DNA from: the human T2T-CHM13v2.0 reference genome, Homo sapiens
Assembly (NCBI RefSeq): GCF_009914755.1
Contig: NC_060935.1
Length of the DNA stretch: 64,000 bases
Direction: 5' to 3' (one strand)
The notes below the pieces were generated by a model. It saw only the letters and a list, made by a program, of their open reading frames with translations, was not told the DNA's origin and did not search any database. The translations under genes and the position numbers were made by a program. This document shows, piece after piece, positions 13,210-43,064 of this stretch; position 1 is the first letter of the stretch, and every line of letters begins with the position of its first letter.

Positions 13210-14287
13210 GGTTTTGGGTCTTTCTGAGACTTTGTGTCTATCTGGGCCCTGCTTACCCAAAGGGCTCAGTTGGCAGCAAGAGCTCCCCACACCTGACCCT
13301 CGGTGCCGGACCACTCGAGGGTGGCTGACACCTGCATCCCTCACCAGCACATCACCCAGGTGACAGTGAGAATTGGAAACCCCAGGCCTCCTCTAGGGCT
13401 TGTGGCTCAGTGGCAGGTGTCCAGTGAGTGCCCTCAATGGGCCTGAGTGGGTACAGAATCTGCCCTCCCCCAACCAAAGCCCACATGATGCCATCAGCCC
13501 CAGGCCTAGTGCAGACCACAGCTTGGGAAGCGAAAGGGAGATGACAAAATGGGTGTGGACAGAGGAGGCTGGGGTGAGTGGGCAGTTGGGGGGCCTGGGC
13601 AGGTGTTTGAGCCTGGGGTCCAGTTTTATCTGGGCCACGTGGGGTACAGTGTTTTCCAGGCTCCACTGAAGATAAAGCAGCCACTGGTGCCAGCAGGGGC
13701 TTTGTCTTGGGGCCATAAACACCAGTGTGTGCTGTACTGGCCATCGGGTGTCAGGGGGACAGCTGACAGATGCAGTGGATGCCCAGCCCTGTCTTCCAGG
13801 AGCCAGTCACCTGAGCCCCAAAGGACCTTTTGGGTCTTAAGTGACAGAAATTCTAACCACCAGTGTTTCAAAAAAAGATGAGTCTCTTGTCAGGCAACAC
13901 AAGTCAGGGCAGGGGTGGGTGCAGACCCCAGAGCAGCTTCGCAGTCTGGATGGGGGTGCTCCCCCGTCACGCCACAGGGCCAGCTTTTCCACAGTGCAGG
14001 CTGGTCAGTTTCCAGGTAGGGATGCGGTGGGGCACGTTTTCTGCCCGGGGAGTTGTGCCTGTCAGGGGAGACAGCCCCATGACACTGCTGTGCCTCCGGG
14101 GAGGCCAGGAGGGACAAGGAGCGGTTCCTTTGGGTGAGGGTCTGTGGTGAGGCACCAGGAGGGCCATTGTCTGCTGGGGGGCTGGTGCCCCCTGGGGGGT
14201 TCCGCTGGAGGTCGGCAAAGGTCAGTGCACAACGTGCAGGGTGGCCAGCTGAGGAGAGGTGGCCCCACACGTGGCAGGCCAAGCAGC

Positions 14288-32359
<18,072 letters not shown>

Positions 32360-33708
32360 GGTGGCCTCTAGAGCTGCAGGGATACCCTGGCCCTTGAGGG
32401 CTGAGAAGGCCCATCCCCACCTCCCTCCCCTCAGGGGGCTGGCTCTGCTTTCCCCTGGGAAGCCCCTCTCCAGCCAACATGCACAAGGAGACCTGGGGAC
32501 TGCCCCCAGGCATCTCTGCCCCAGGGACCTTCTCTCCAGCCAGGCCCTGCCCAGCGACCCCCTGCAGCTCCGACACTCGCTGTAGCACCGCCCCAACCAA
32601 GCTCCTTCCCAGGTGAGGATGGGATGTGTGGGGCTCCGCTGTCAGCGCCTGGTTCCTCTACTCACCCCACTCAGGGCACCTCAGGTTGGCCACACCTGCA
32701 GACATTTCTCCAGAGGCCTTTTGTGGGGATGACCTGGAAACTCCGAAAGACTCAGCAGAGGCCTTGCAGTCCCCTGGCCACACAGCCCACCCGCTCCCAG
32801 GACAGGGATGTGGAGACCCTGGGTGCACCTGGGTAGAGGTGAAAAGGTGAGACAGGTGCCCTCAGCTCAAGTGCAGGAGGCGGTGTGGACGAGAGACCAC
32901 CTTCCTTGCCCAGGAGGTCCAGGAGGCCCAGGACACACAGAGAGAGGAGGCCTTGCCCCGGCCCACACAGCATCAGCAGCAGAGCTATTCCCGTGGCGCT
33001 CCCACATCAGCAAGCGGGGGTAGAAGAGGCCGCGTGCGCCTCAGCCCTATTCCCTCAACCCTCATGGGGCTCATGTCTCCCAGCTGCCCGGTGAGGTCGG
33101 GCATCTCAGCCCCTCTCTATGTGGCAGGGATCCAAGGATCGGCACTGGCCCCTCAGCGCCCTGGCTCCGCCCCTGCCCACAGCCTCATCTGTCAGCTGCC
33201 CAGCCCCAGCCTGGCTGACCTCGGTCTGGCTTGGTCCCACCTCCCTCCGATTGCTCCTCTGAAAACTCAATATTGGAAGCTGGTGCTTGAGGACAAGCCC
33301 TGGCAGGCCGAGGGCACCTGCTCCTCTGTCTGCCCTCCTGGAACCACGCGTCGGGTCACAGGCCGCTGGGCAGAGGTCTCCGTGGGCCCCCAGCCACCCT
33401 ACCCTGTCCGACCTGGGGCTACCTGGCAGCTCCTGATCCCACAGGGCTGTCCCTTGGTTCTCCTGTGCCCACCTTGTACCCAGGCGCTCTGGGCTGTGTC
33501 CACCACAGAAGCCCTTTGTGAGAAGACAATGGACCGTTCTGTAAAAACCTTCATTTCCTAGAGAGGGGCCCACCTGTGACCCCAGGAGGGGATACAGGAG
33601 TTGGGGGGAACTTCAGAGATGAGAGGGAGTGTGTCCTGGGACCCCTGGGGCTGGCTTTGGGGCAGAGGCTAAGGCCAAGGCCCTCCCCATTAGGCCTCTG
33701 GAGCCAGC

Positions 33709-34135
33709 ACAGTTACTGCATCCCCAAACAGGTATGTCCAAGTCCCAAACCCCAGGACCTGGGAATGTGACCTTTGGAAACAGGCCCTTTGCAGATGTAT
33801 TAAGATGTAAGTAAAGATGAGGCCATGCTGGAGCAGGGGGAGCCCTGATTCCCAGGTTCTGATAGAGAAAGGGGACATTTGGACGTAGAGACAGACGCGC
33901 AGGGAAAAACACCCTTTAAGACACAGGGGAGGGGTGAAGGCAGTGGTTGGGTGATGTGGCCACAAGCCAAGGGACACCTGGAGCCCCGAAGCTGGAAGAG
34001 GCAGGAAGGATCCCCCTCGAGGGCTTGGCCTTGCCGACAGTTTGACTTAGGACTCAGCACTGGTGGCCTCCAGAACCATGAGAGAATCAATTGCCATTGT
34101 TTTAAGATGCCCAGCTCAGGCTGGTTGTCTTGGCT
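33709..34135 (+). mobile_element. MLT1 (ERVL-MaLR) LTR
   Basis: gaatgtgacctttggaaacaggccctttgcagatgtattaag...ccacaagccaaggga...gaagctggaagaggcaggaaggat...tggcctccagaac...gagagaat. Confidence 0.8.
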
Positions 34136-34484
34136 GCCCAGGGCCCCCCTGTGAGGCCCAAGTCAACCCCGGCACGACTTCTGGTGACTGCCAGCCCCAG
34201 GCAGGACCCACCCACGGGCCTCAGCCCCCTCCTCCGGCCAGGCCTGTGGAGGCGCCCTGATGCCCTCAGCACCACGTGGGCCTCAGCTGTCCCTGCAGGG
34301 TGATGCAAATCCTCCCGCACTTCTGCCTCCAGAGCAGGAACCAGCCCGCGGACCGCAGAGAGGCAGGATTTGAATACGGCCTCCCGCGCTGGTGGAGACG
34401 CCTGGTGGTTTTCTGTGTTGGGAGCTGGTGTCTGTGGCCAGGCCCCAGGTGGGGGCTGGAGGCTGGGACAAGGCTTGGCATTGC

Positions 34485-34870
34485 TGTTGTGTCCCGGGGC
34501 TGCCAAAACAAAGGGCCACACTCTCGGGGGCTCAAAACAACAAATGGATGATCTCATAGTTCTAGAGCCCAGACGTCCCAAATCCAGGCATCGGCAGGGC
34601 CGTGCTCCCCCTGGAAGCTCTCAGAGCGGGTCCTTCCCACCCTTTCCAGGTTCCTGAGGCGCCAGGTGTTCCTGGCTGTGGCCGCGTGGCTCCAGCTTCT
34701 GCCTTGGTTGCCGCATGGTCTGCCTCGCCTGTCTGTGTCCTCTGCAATCATTGATTGCCCAGGCCCGCCCTACCCCAGCGTGGCTTCATCTTCATGGTGC
34801 GCCATCTGCAAGGACCCCACTTCCAAACGAGGTCATATTCTAAGGTTCCCAGTGGACAGTATCCAACCAT
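34485..34870 (-). mobile_element. MLT1 (ERVL-MaLR) LTR, antisense
   Basis: gggctgccaaaacaaag...ctcaaaacaac...tctcatagttctaga...ggcagggccgtgctccc...atctgcaaggaccccacttccaaacgaggtcatattct. Confidence 0.8.
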
Positions 34871-37739
34871 TAGTGTCGCCCCATCTGGGAGGACACCACT
34901 TAATGCAGAACAGGCAGGGAGGTGGGATGTGTGCTTGTAGCCCTGGGCGGGAGTCCTCACCCTGGGCGGGGGTCCTCAGGCTGGCCTTCACTCCCACCAG
35001 GCCCTGCCACACCTGGTCACCCGCTGGGGTCAATCCTGGCTACGTGTGGACATGTGCCCTGCAGCTGGGGATGCATGGCCAGGCGTGTCCCCAGCACAGG
35101 GTGTAGGGGGCTTGGGGTTTGGCCATGACCCTCAGCCTGGGGGACGGGACTGGGCTGGACAACACTGTTATCCTCGCCTTCCCCATGACTCTTAGGCCAT
35201 AGATGGGGGACTCCTTCTTCTCTTCCCTTCGTCCCTGGTGGGGAAGCTAATGGAGGGCCTGGGCCTTGGGAGGGGTCCTACAGGGCTCCCTGGCCCTTGA
35301 ATTGCTTTCCAGTGAGCCTCAGCTTTGCCTCTTGGAAGTTCTGGGATAGGACATCCGGGAGTACCCTTCAGCCTGGAGCTCGGCAGTGCCTCCCTGACTC
35401 TATGCAAGACCCCCGGGACGACCAGCAGCCATCAGAGGTGGAAGCAGCCACAACCAAAGCTCTGGCCCTTCCCAGGGCCCACAGCACCTCCTTCCTCCCG
35501 AGGACGGGACAGAGCTGGGCACCCAGCAGCTGAGGTCAGGGAAGCCGAGTAGCAGCGTGGGGCAGCCTCACCTTCCTGGTGGCCGCAACCACCCCTTGCC
35601 CCATGCCCAGGCTCGGTGCCCCCCGCCCCCGCCGGCCAGCCCAGGGACTAAGGAGGCATTTGGCCAGGTGCTAGGCACCAGGCAAATGGGCCCAGAGGGA
35701 GGTGATGCAAACAGCTGGGATTTGCATGAGCAGGTGCCCAGGTCTTCTGCACCCCTCCCTGTGCATACCAGGGTGGGGCAGGGAGCCCGGGACAGCCAGG
35801 GGCCATCGTGACCCCTGGCCAGAAGTCCACCCCAGAACTCCCAAGAGGCAAAACTGAGGCAGCCCCCCAGACGGTGAAGGCGCTGGGGCTCCCAGGGCAG
35901 CGGGGCACCTGTAGCCGCAGCCAAGAGCCAAATGTGGCTTCCTGGGCTCCCCAAGACCAGCTCAGGGCAGAGCTGGATGACCAGGCCCTGGGGTCCCAGC
36001 CCCGCTCATCCCCACCAGGCTGTGTAACTTTGGGCAGGTCCCTCAGCCTCCCTGGGCCTGCCTCATTTGTGAGATTTGGGGGAACGGCCAGTCACAAGGG
36101 GAGGGTGCCAGAAAGGTCCCTGCGTGCAGCAGGCTGGAAGTCAGCTGTGTGTCCTTGTGTCCTCCCTATGAGGATGCCCCATCTCCCTGGGCTGCAGTGG
36201 AGGACACGGCTCAGGGAAGTGGTGGCAAGAGGACACAGTAGTGACCTGGTGACCCCAGACCCCTCCCACTGCCCCACTCCCTTCGCCCTCAGCTTCTGAG
36301 CCGCACCTGCCTTTGCAGGCTGCTGGCCAGACACTGCCCCTGAAGTCTCAGATCCAGAGCCCGTGGGGCTGGCCCTCCTGCCCAGACCCTCTTCCAGCAC
36401 TGGGCAGCCCCTTCCAGAATGCCCCACCTCACCCCAGTGGGGCCGGCCCTTCACAGCCCAGGGAAGCGGGGATCCTCCCTGCTAAAGATAAGGAAACTGA
36501 GGCAAGAGGCAGGGGTGTGGCCAAAGCCGCACTGTCCTGGTCCCCACTCCTCTCATGCCCACCTGCCCTTCCCACCTGGGAGGAGGAGGTACAATCCTGC
36601 TCCTTCTCCCCACCTGGGCTGTCAGCGGTGTGAGGGTCCCTACCTGTCTGCCTTCTCCCCAGCACCCTGACACGCGGCTGCTGGCCAAGGCGCGGGTGGA
36701 GCCGTCTGCCTACCTTGCAGGGTGTGCCTGTGGGCCCAACTCTCAAGCCTCTCCTCCTCCTCTTCCCCGCCCACAACTCCTGGCACCTGGGCAGCCAATG
36801 CCAGCCCTAGGGAGCTGGCCATGAACCAACACAGGGCACCACCTCACCTGCTCCACACGGCCGAGCCCACAGGCCTGCTGTCTCCAAAGCCACCCAGACA
36901 CCAAGGGCTGGCCGTCCTCAGGTGTGATTGGCACCAAGGCCCTGGGGGCATGTCCGATTTGACTGGGAGAGGAGACCCTGTGTGGACGTGGCTTCTAGGC
37001 CACTTAGATTGCTGTCGTTGCCTCCTTTGGCGATGTCTGGCGGGGTGGCCCGGGACCGATGCAGCTGAAATCCACCCTGAAATGTGATGGGACAGGGCTC
37101 TTCACCTCAGTTTCCACAGTAAGTAGGAACAGGAGCTGCCTCAAGAGCACACGTCTCATGCCGGGGTGCTGGGCCCAGCTGTCCTGTGGAGGACAGGGAG
37201 GCAGAGGGACTGTCTCCTCCCTGCTGTGGCCCTGCGAGGCCGTGGGGCATCGGCCCCCATGGTGTCTCATCTGTGCTGGAAAGGCTGCACAGCCGTGGGC
37301 CAGCTGTGAGTGATGTCCATTCACCGGTCAGCACCGGGGATGCTCTGTGAGGACTGTCCCTGCATCCGGAGTCAGGACAGGGTGCCAGTGGGACAGAGTG
37401 TGCCTCTGGAATCCCGCAGTCCTGGGATTGGATCCTGCATAGCTGTTGAGCTACTTAGCCACTTGGGCCTCAGTACCTTGGAGTGTCAAACAGGGACTCT
37501 AATAGCCTGGCTTCTGGGAGGTTGCAGGTAACACATGAGGAGAACAGAGCCTGGGGGATACCTCTGTGTGCCCCTTCCCAAAGAGACTCCAAGGACCCCC
37601 TGTTCGGGGCCCCTCAAACCATAAACTCCAGGAATGGTGGGGGACAGTATCTGGGACTTGCTCTCTGGGACCCTGGTGGCCTCTCTAGTCTGGCCTGTCA
37701 GCCACCAGAGGGCGCTAAAGGACCATGGGCAGAGTCTGA

Positions 37740-40330
37740 GGCAGTGGTGGTAACGGGTGAAGGTGATGGTGGTGGTGGTGATGATGGTGGCAGTAGTGGT
37801 GGTGGTGGTGATGATGATATTGATGGTCATGATGGTGGTGGTGACAATGATCATGGGGACCGTGCTGATGGCGGTGTTTGTGATGATGGTGGCGGTGGTG
37901 GTGATGGTGGTGGGCATGAGGGTAGTTGGGGTGGTGATGGCATTACCGTTGATGAGGGTGGTGATGATAGTGATGGTGATGGTGGTGGGAATGATGACGA
38001 AGATGATGATGATAGTGGTGCAAATGGCAGTGGTGGTGGTAGTGACTGTGGTGTTGTTGATGGTATTAGTGCTGATAAAGGTGGTGATGATGATGATGGT
38101 GGTGGGTGACGAAGGTGGTGGTGGTGATGATTGTGGTGGGGATAATGGTGGTGATGGTGGTTATTGCAGTGGTAGTGTTGATCATGGTGGTGGTAGTGAT
38201 GGTGGTCATGATGTTGGTGGTGTTGGTGTTGGTATTGGTGTTGGTGATGGTGATGGTGGTGGTAATAATCATGGGATGATGATAGTAGTCATGGTGGTAG
38301 TGACAATGGTGACAGTGGAGGGGATGGTGGTGGTGATAATGATTGTGGTGGTGATGGTGATAGTGTTGGTACTGGTGGTGGTGATGATGGTTGTGGTGGT
38401 GGTGATGATAGTGGAGGTGGTAGTAATGATGATGGTGGTGGTAGCTGGTAGTGGTGGCAGTGGTGGTGATGGTGATGATTGTGGTGATGGTGATGGGGTA
38501 GTGGTGGTTATGGTGGTGTTGGTTGTTATGGTGGTAGTGATGATCATGGTGGTGGTGACTATAGTCACTGGTGATGCTGGTGTTCATGGTGATGGTGATG
38601 ATGATAGTGGTGGTGGTTGTGGCAGTGCTGCTGCTGATGGTGGTGGTGATGATGAGGGTGATGATGACAATGAGTATGATGATGGTGGTGGTGATGATCG
38701 TGGTTGTGGTGTGTTGATGGTGGTGTTTATTGTGGCGGTGATGATGATAGTGTTAATAATTGTGGTGATGTTGGTGATGGTGGTGATGGAGACGATGATG
38801 GTGATGATTGTACTGGTGGTGTTGGTGATGGTGTGGTACGATGGTGGTGCTGATGGTCATGATGGTGGTGGGGGTGATAATGATCCTGGTGGTGGCCATG
38901 GTGGTGTTTTTGATAACGTGATAATGTTGGAGATGGTGGTGATTGTGGTGGTGATAATGGTGGTCATGGTGATGGTGATATCAGTGTGGGTGATGTAGTG
39001 GTGGGGATGGTTCAGATGTTGGTGATGGTGGTGGTGATGGCAGTGATAGTTAGGATGATGGTGATGATGATGATGGCATGGGTGCTTGATATGGTTTGGC
39101 TCTGTGTTCCCTTCCAAGTTGTAATCACCATAATCCCCATGTGTCAAAGGCGGGACCAGGTGGAGGTAATCGGATCATGGGGGTGGTTTCCTCCATGCTG
39201 TTCTCATGATAGTGAGTGAGTTCTCATGAGATCTGATGGTTTTATAAGCATCTGGCATTTCCCCTCACTCCATCCTGCTGCCCTGTGAAGAAGGTGCCTC
39301 TAAGTCTATGGAGTTGGGGGGCACAGTCCTTCATCTATCCTGGTCCTTCCCTCCACCTCTGTCTCCTGGACACCCAAAAAAACTGCAGAAGTTCTTCCCC
39401 AGCCAACTCTGGTTCAGTGCCAGGTCATGTTCCTCCCCGCCTACAACCTTCCATGGCTCCCTATTACCCTGACAATAAAACCCAAAGAAGCCTTGGAGCC
39501 TTGGCTTCTGGTGATCTGCTAGGATCACTTTTCCTTGGAACTCCTGCTGGCTCCCTCTTGCCACTCAGATACTGGCAGAACCTGGAGTGGGTGCTGGCTT
39601 GCACTCACTCCATCCTGCTGCCCTGTGAAGAAGGTGACTTGCTTCCCCTTCATCTCCGTCATGATTGTAAGTTTGCTGAGGCCACCCCAGCCATACTGAA
39701 CTGTGAGTCAACTCAACCTCTTTCCTCGGTAAATTACTCAGTCTCAGGCAGTTCTAATACAGTGGTGATACTAGTGGTGGTGGTGGTGGTGGTGGTGGCT
39801 GGTTGTGGTAATTACAGTGGTAGTGGTGATGGTGGTAGTAATGATGATGATAGTGCTGGTGGTGATGTTGGTGGCAGCGGTGAGGGTGGTGGCGGTGATG
39901 GTGACGGTGTTGATGGTGGTGGTGGTTTTGGTGGTGGTGATGTTGGTGGCAGTGATGAGGGTGGTGGCAGTGATGGTGACAGTGTTGATGGTGGTGGTGG
40001 TTTTGGTGGTGGTGATGGAGGCGGTGTTGGTGTTGGTGGTGGTTTTGGTGGCGGTGATGGTGATGGTGTTGGTGGTGGTGGTTTTGGTGGTGGTGATGGT
40101 GGTGTTGATGGTGGTGGTGGTTTTGGTGGCGGTGATGGTGATGGTGTTGATGGTGGTGGTGGTTTTGGTGGTGGTGATGGAGGTGGTGTTGGTGGTGGTG
40201 GTTTTGGTGATGGTGACGGTATTGGTGGTGGTGGTTTTGGTGGTGGTGATGGAGGTGGTAGTGATGATGGTGGTCATGTTTATGGTAGTGATGACAGGGA
40301 TGATGCTGGTCGTGGTAATAGTGGTTATGG
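37740..40330. repeat. Long degenerate (GGT/GAT)n low-complexity array, interrupted by a THE1 LTR
   Basis: About 1.9 kb of ggtggtgat-type triplets at 37740-39086 and 39762-40330. Confidence 0.95.
39087..39761 (+). mobile_element. THE1 (THE1D/MST-like) MaLR solo LTR containing an internal insertion
   Basis: Starts TGATATGGTTTGGCTCTGTG and ends CTAATACA; 5-bp TSD gtgct/gtggt. Confidence 0.9.
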
Positions 40331-40889
40331 TAGCAGGCCATGTTATAACGCTAGCAGCTTTGCTCTGGATGGGAAGGCTCCAGGTACTCCCAAAGTAGGC
40401 ACCTATGGGCTGCTCTGTAAATGTCCCTTTGTCCCCTAGCATGGCTGAAACCCTCATCCTGAGAGGAGAAGCAGATATCAGCTTCCTCAGTAAATGCAGG
40501 TTGGTGTTGAGCTCAGAAACCCAGAACTTGGCTCTGAGCAAATGGGACTCAGACCAGGGACCCCACAAGCCCTCAGGCCTGAGACCCTAAAATCCTAGTT
40601 CTGAGAGCGAGGGGCCTATCTTGGGGGCCCTGGGCAAGGCGGAGGGTCCACTAGACCCTGAAAGTCCAGCCTAAGCTCACATCCACTCCTCTAGCCTGTG
40701 TCGTTGCCCTACAGCAGGTTCTGCCAGTGTCTGTGGTATGTGAATAATGAGGAGGTTCCCCCAGATCCTCTAAGCCTATGGGGTTGGGAGGCACAGTCCT
40801 TCCTCTATCCTGGTCCTGCCCTCCACCTCCATCTCCTGGACACCCAAAAGACTACAGAAGTTCTTCCCCAGCCACCCCTGGTTCAGTAC

Positions 40890-41300
40890 CAGGTCATGTT
40901 CCTCCCTGCCTACAACCTTCCATGGCTCCCTATTACCCTGACAATAAAACCCAAAGAAGCCTTGGAACCTTGGCTTCTGGTGCTCTACCAGGAGCACTCT
41001 TCCTTGGAGCTCCTGCTGGCCCCCTCTTCCCACTCAGATCTCAGCTCTCATGTCCTTCCTCAGAGACCCCCTCACCCTAGACCACATCAGCACAGGGTGC
41101 CTCCCTCGGTCTCTTCCCCTGTGATCTGGTGTTAGTTTTCAGTATGCCTCACCCTCTGAAAGGTCTTTCATTTACTTTTTTGCTTGTCTGTGTCCCCTGC
41201 ATGAGACTATGGCCTGAGCATTCCCTGCCACCTCCCTGGGGCCCAGAACACGCAGGTACAGACCACATGTTCTAAAGTCAATGAATGAATGAGTGAATCA
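40890..41300 (+). mobile_element. Degraded L2 3' fragment
   Basis: caaccttccatggctccctattaccctgacaataaaacccaaa and terminal aatgaatgaatgagtgaat resemble L2. Confidence 0.55.
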
Positions 41301-43064
41301 ATGGGTGAGTGTCCAGGCGTGTCTCTGTGTGAGCACTGCCATCAAGGCAGAGACGGAGGTGTCTAGGGGAGGCTGCATTTTTGCAAGGAGCAACTTCCTG
41401 GCCCACACTCACGCCCTGGGTGGAAGGGCAGACACTGGGCCGGGGCTCCACTGTCTGCCCGCTCTAGCCATGGGCACTGCTGCCAGGGGAGGAGGTGCCC
41501 AGGCGCTCACCTGCGTCCATGCGTGCTGTCATGAGGGACATCCCAGCTGCCGACAGAGCAGCCTCTGCCTGCCCTCTACAGCGGGTTTCCTCCAGCGGCC
41601 TCTGTCTTCTTTGCTACAGTTGGCCCCGGGCAGGCTTTACGTTGGAACTTCCTTTGGAGGAGAGGCCACGCCAGTAGAGCAGGACTCCAACAGGGCCCAG
41701 CCCCTGCCCCCACGGGGCCTCTATCCCTGGGACAGCAGATCCCCTTTGGATCTCCAGCAACCCCAATGGCTGACTGCAGAGGCTCAGCTCTCTCCTGCCA
41801 AGCCCTGCCATGCGAGGCTGGGCCCACAGGCTCAGAAGCTGACCCCAGTGTCCAGGAGAGCGTGAGCCGTCCCTGACCGGGGTCCTCGGGCCTCTGCTGA
41901 GAGAGAAGGAGCTGCAGGCTGGCTCCCCACCTGCACCACAGGCAGCCTCCCCCCAGGCACATCCTTGGGTGCCATGTGGCATTTTATTTACAGAAAGATT
42001 TGCAACCCACTTCTTCTTTGTCTTAGAGGGGAGAAACCACCACCCAGAGTAGGGCCCGCTGGCCCAGGGTCCCCATGCCAGTGTGGTGGGCGCCCCCAAC
42101 CCAGCATCTCCCTCTGAACCACACACAGTCTAGCCCCAGGTGGGAGGGAAGCAGCCCGGAGCCCCTCAGACAGGAAAGCTGATGGTGGGGGCGTCAGGTC
42201 TGACCCCTCGGGGGGCAGCCCGAAGCCATGCAGTGGGGCAGCAGGGCCATGGGCAAGCTCTGCCAGTGGTGCCTGTGTCCAAGGCCTCCGGGCAGATCCT
42301 GAGTGCCCAGCAGTGGAGACCAGGAGTCCGGGAACCAGTGGAGCCGCACGTCCGTCCCCACTCCATTAAGTTCCCTGGCCCGGGCAGCGCCTGCAGCGTG
42401 CCACTGCTGTCTCGGCACCATCCTTGCAGCATCACCTTTTGCCTGTCCTTCTACTCTGGGAGGGCAACCTTGACCCCATCACAAGATGTGAACAGAGGTA
42501 GAGGCCGTAGGGGCCAGCGAGGCCAAATGACCTGCCCATAGCAATGCCGCCATGAGGCAAGGCCCACGCCCTCTCCCCTGCTGTCCTGTCCTGGAGCTTC
42601 CACAGCTGCAGGAAGACGTCCCCCTACCCTGCTCCCCGCAGAGGGTGCTTGGCGATCAGACAGCAGATCTGCAAAGGAAGGTGTAGCCTTCTTAGTGTGC
42701 GCAAGGGCTGCCCGGCCAACTCCACCATTGAGGGCAGATGCTGGCTGTGGAGAGGCCGAGCGCTGCCCGGGCCCAGTGGCTGGGGTAGGGGGCTCCATGC
42801 ACTGTCCATGAGGGCATGTCCATCTGGCATATGTGCACCTGTGTGAGTGTGCTGTGTGTGGAGCGGGCACTGGGCCAGTGGTCAAGGCTGCAGTAGGACT
42901 TTCAGTGATTCCAGATCCTGTCTGGAAATGGGGATCATGAGAATTCCTTCCACTGAAGGGTGCGTAAGGCCTGAGCCAGTGTGCCTGGAACGTCCTGAGG
43001 ACCAGCGGGGCCGGGGCCAAGACCTGGACAGGGCCTGGGTAATTGCGAGAAGCAAGGACCAGCG

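Noticed and set aside
37757-40568. Long ORFs (413 aa Val/Met-rich, 384 aa Gly/Asp-rich, 265 aa Thr-rich mucin-like, His-rich)
   Set aside because: These are translations of the (GGT/GAT)n array, which lacks stops in several frames; no splice or promoter support.
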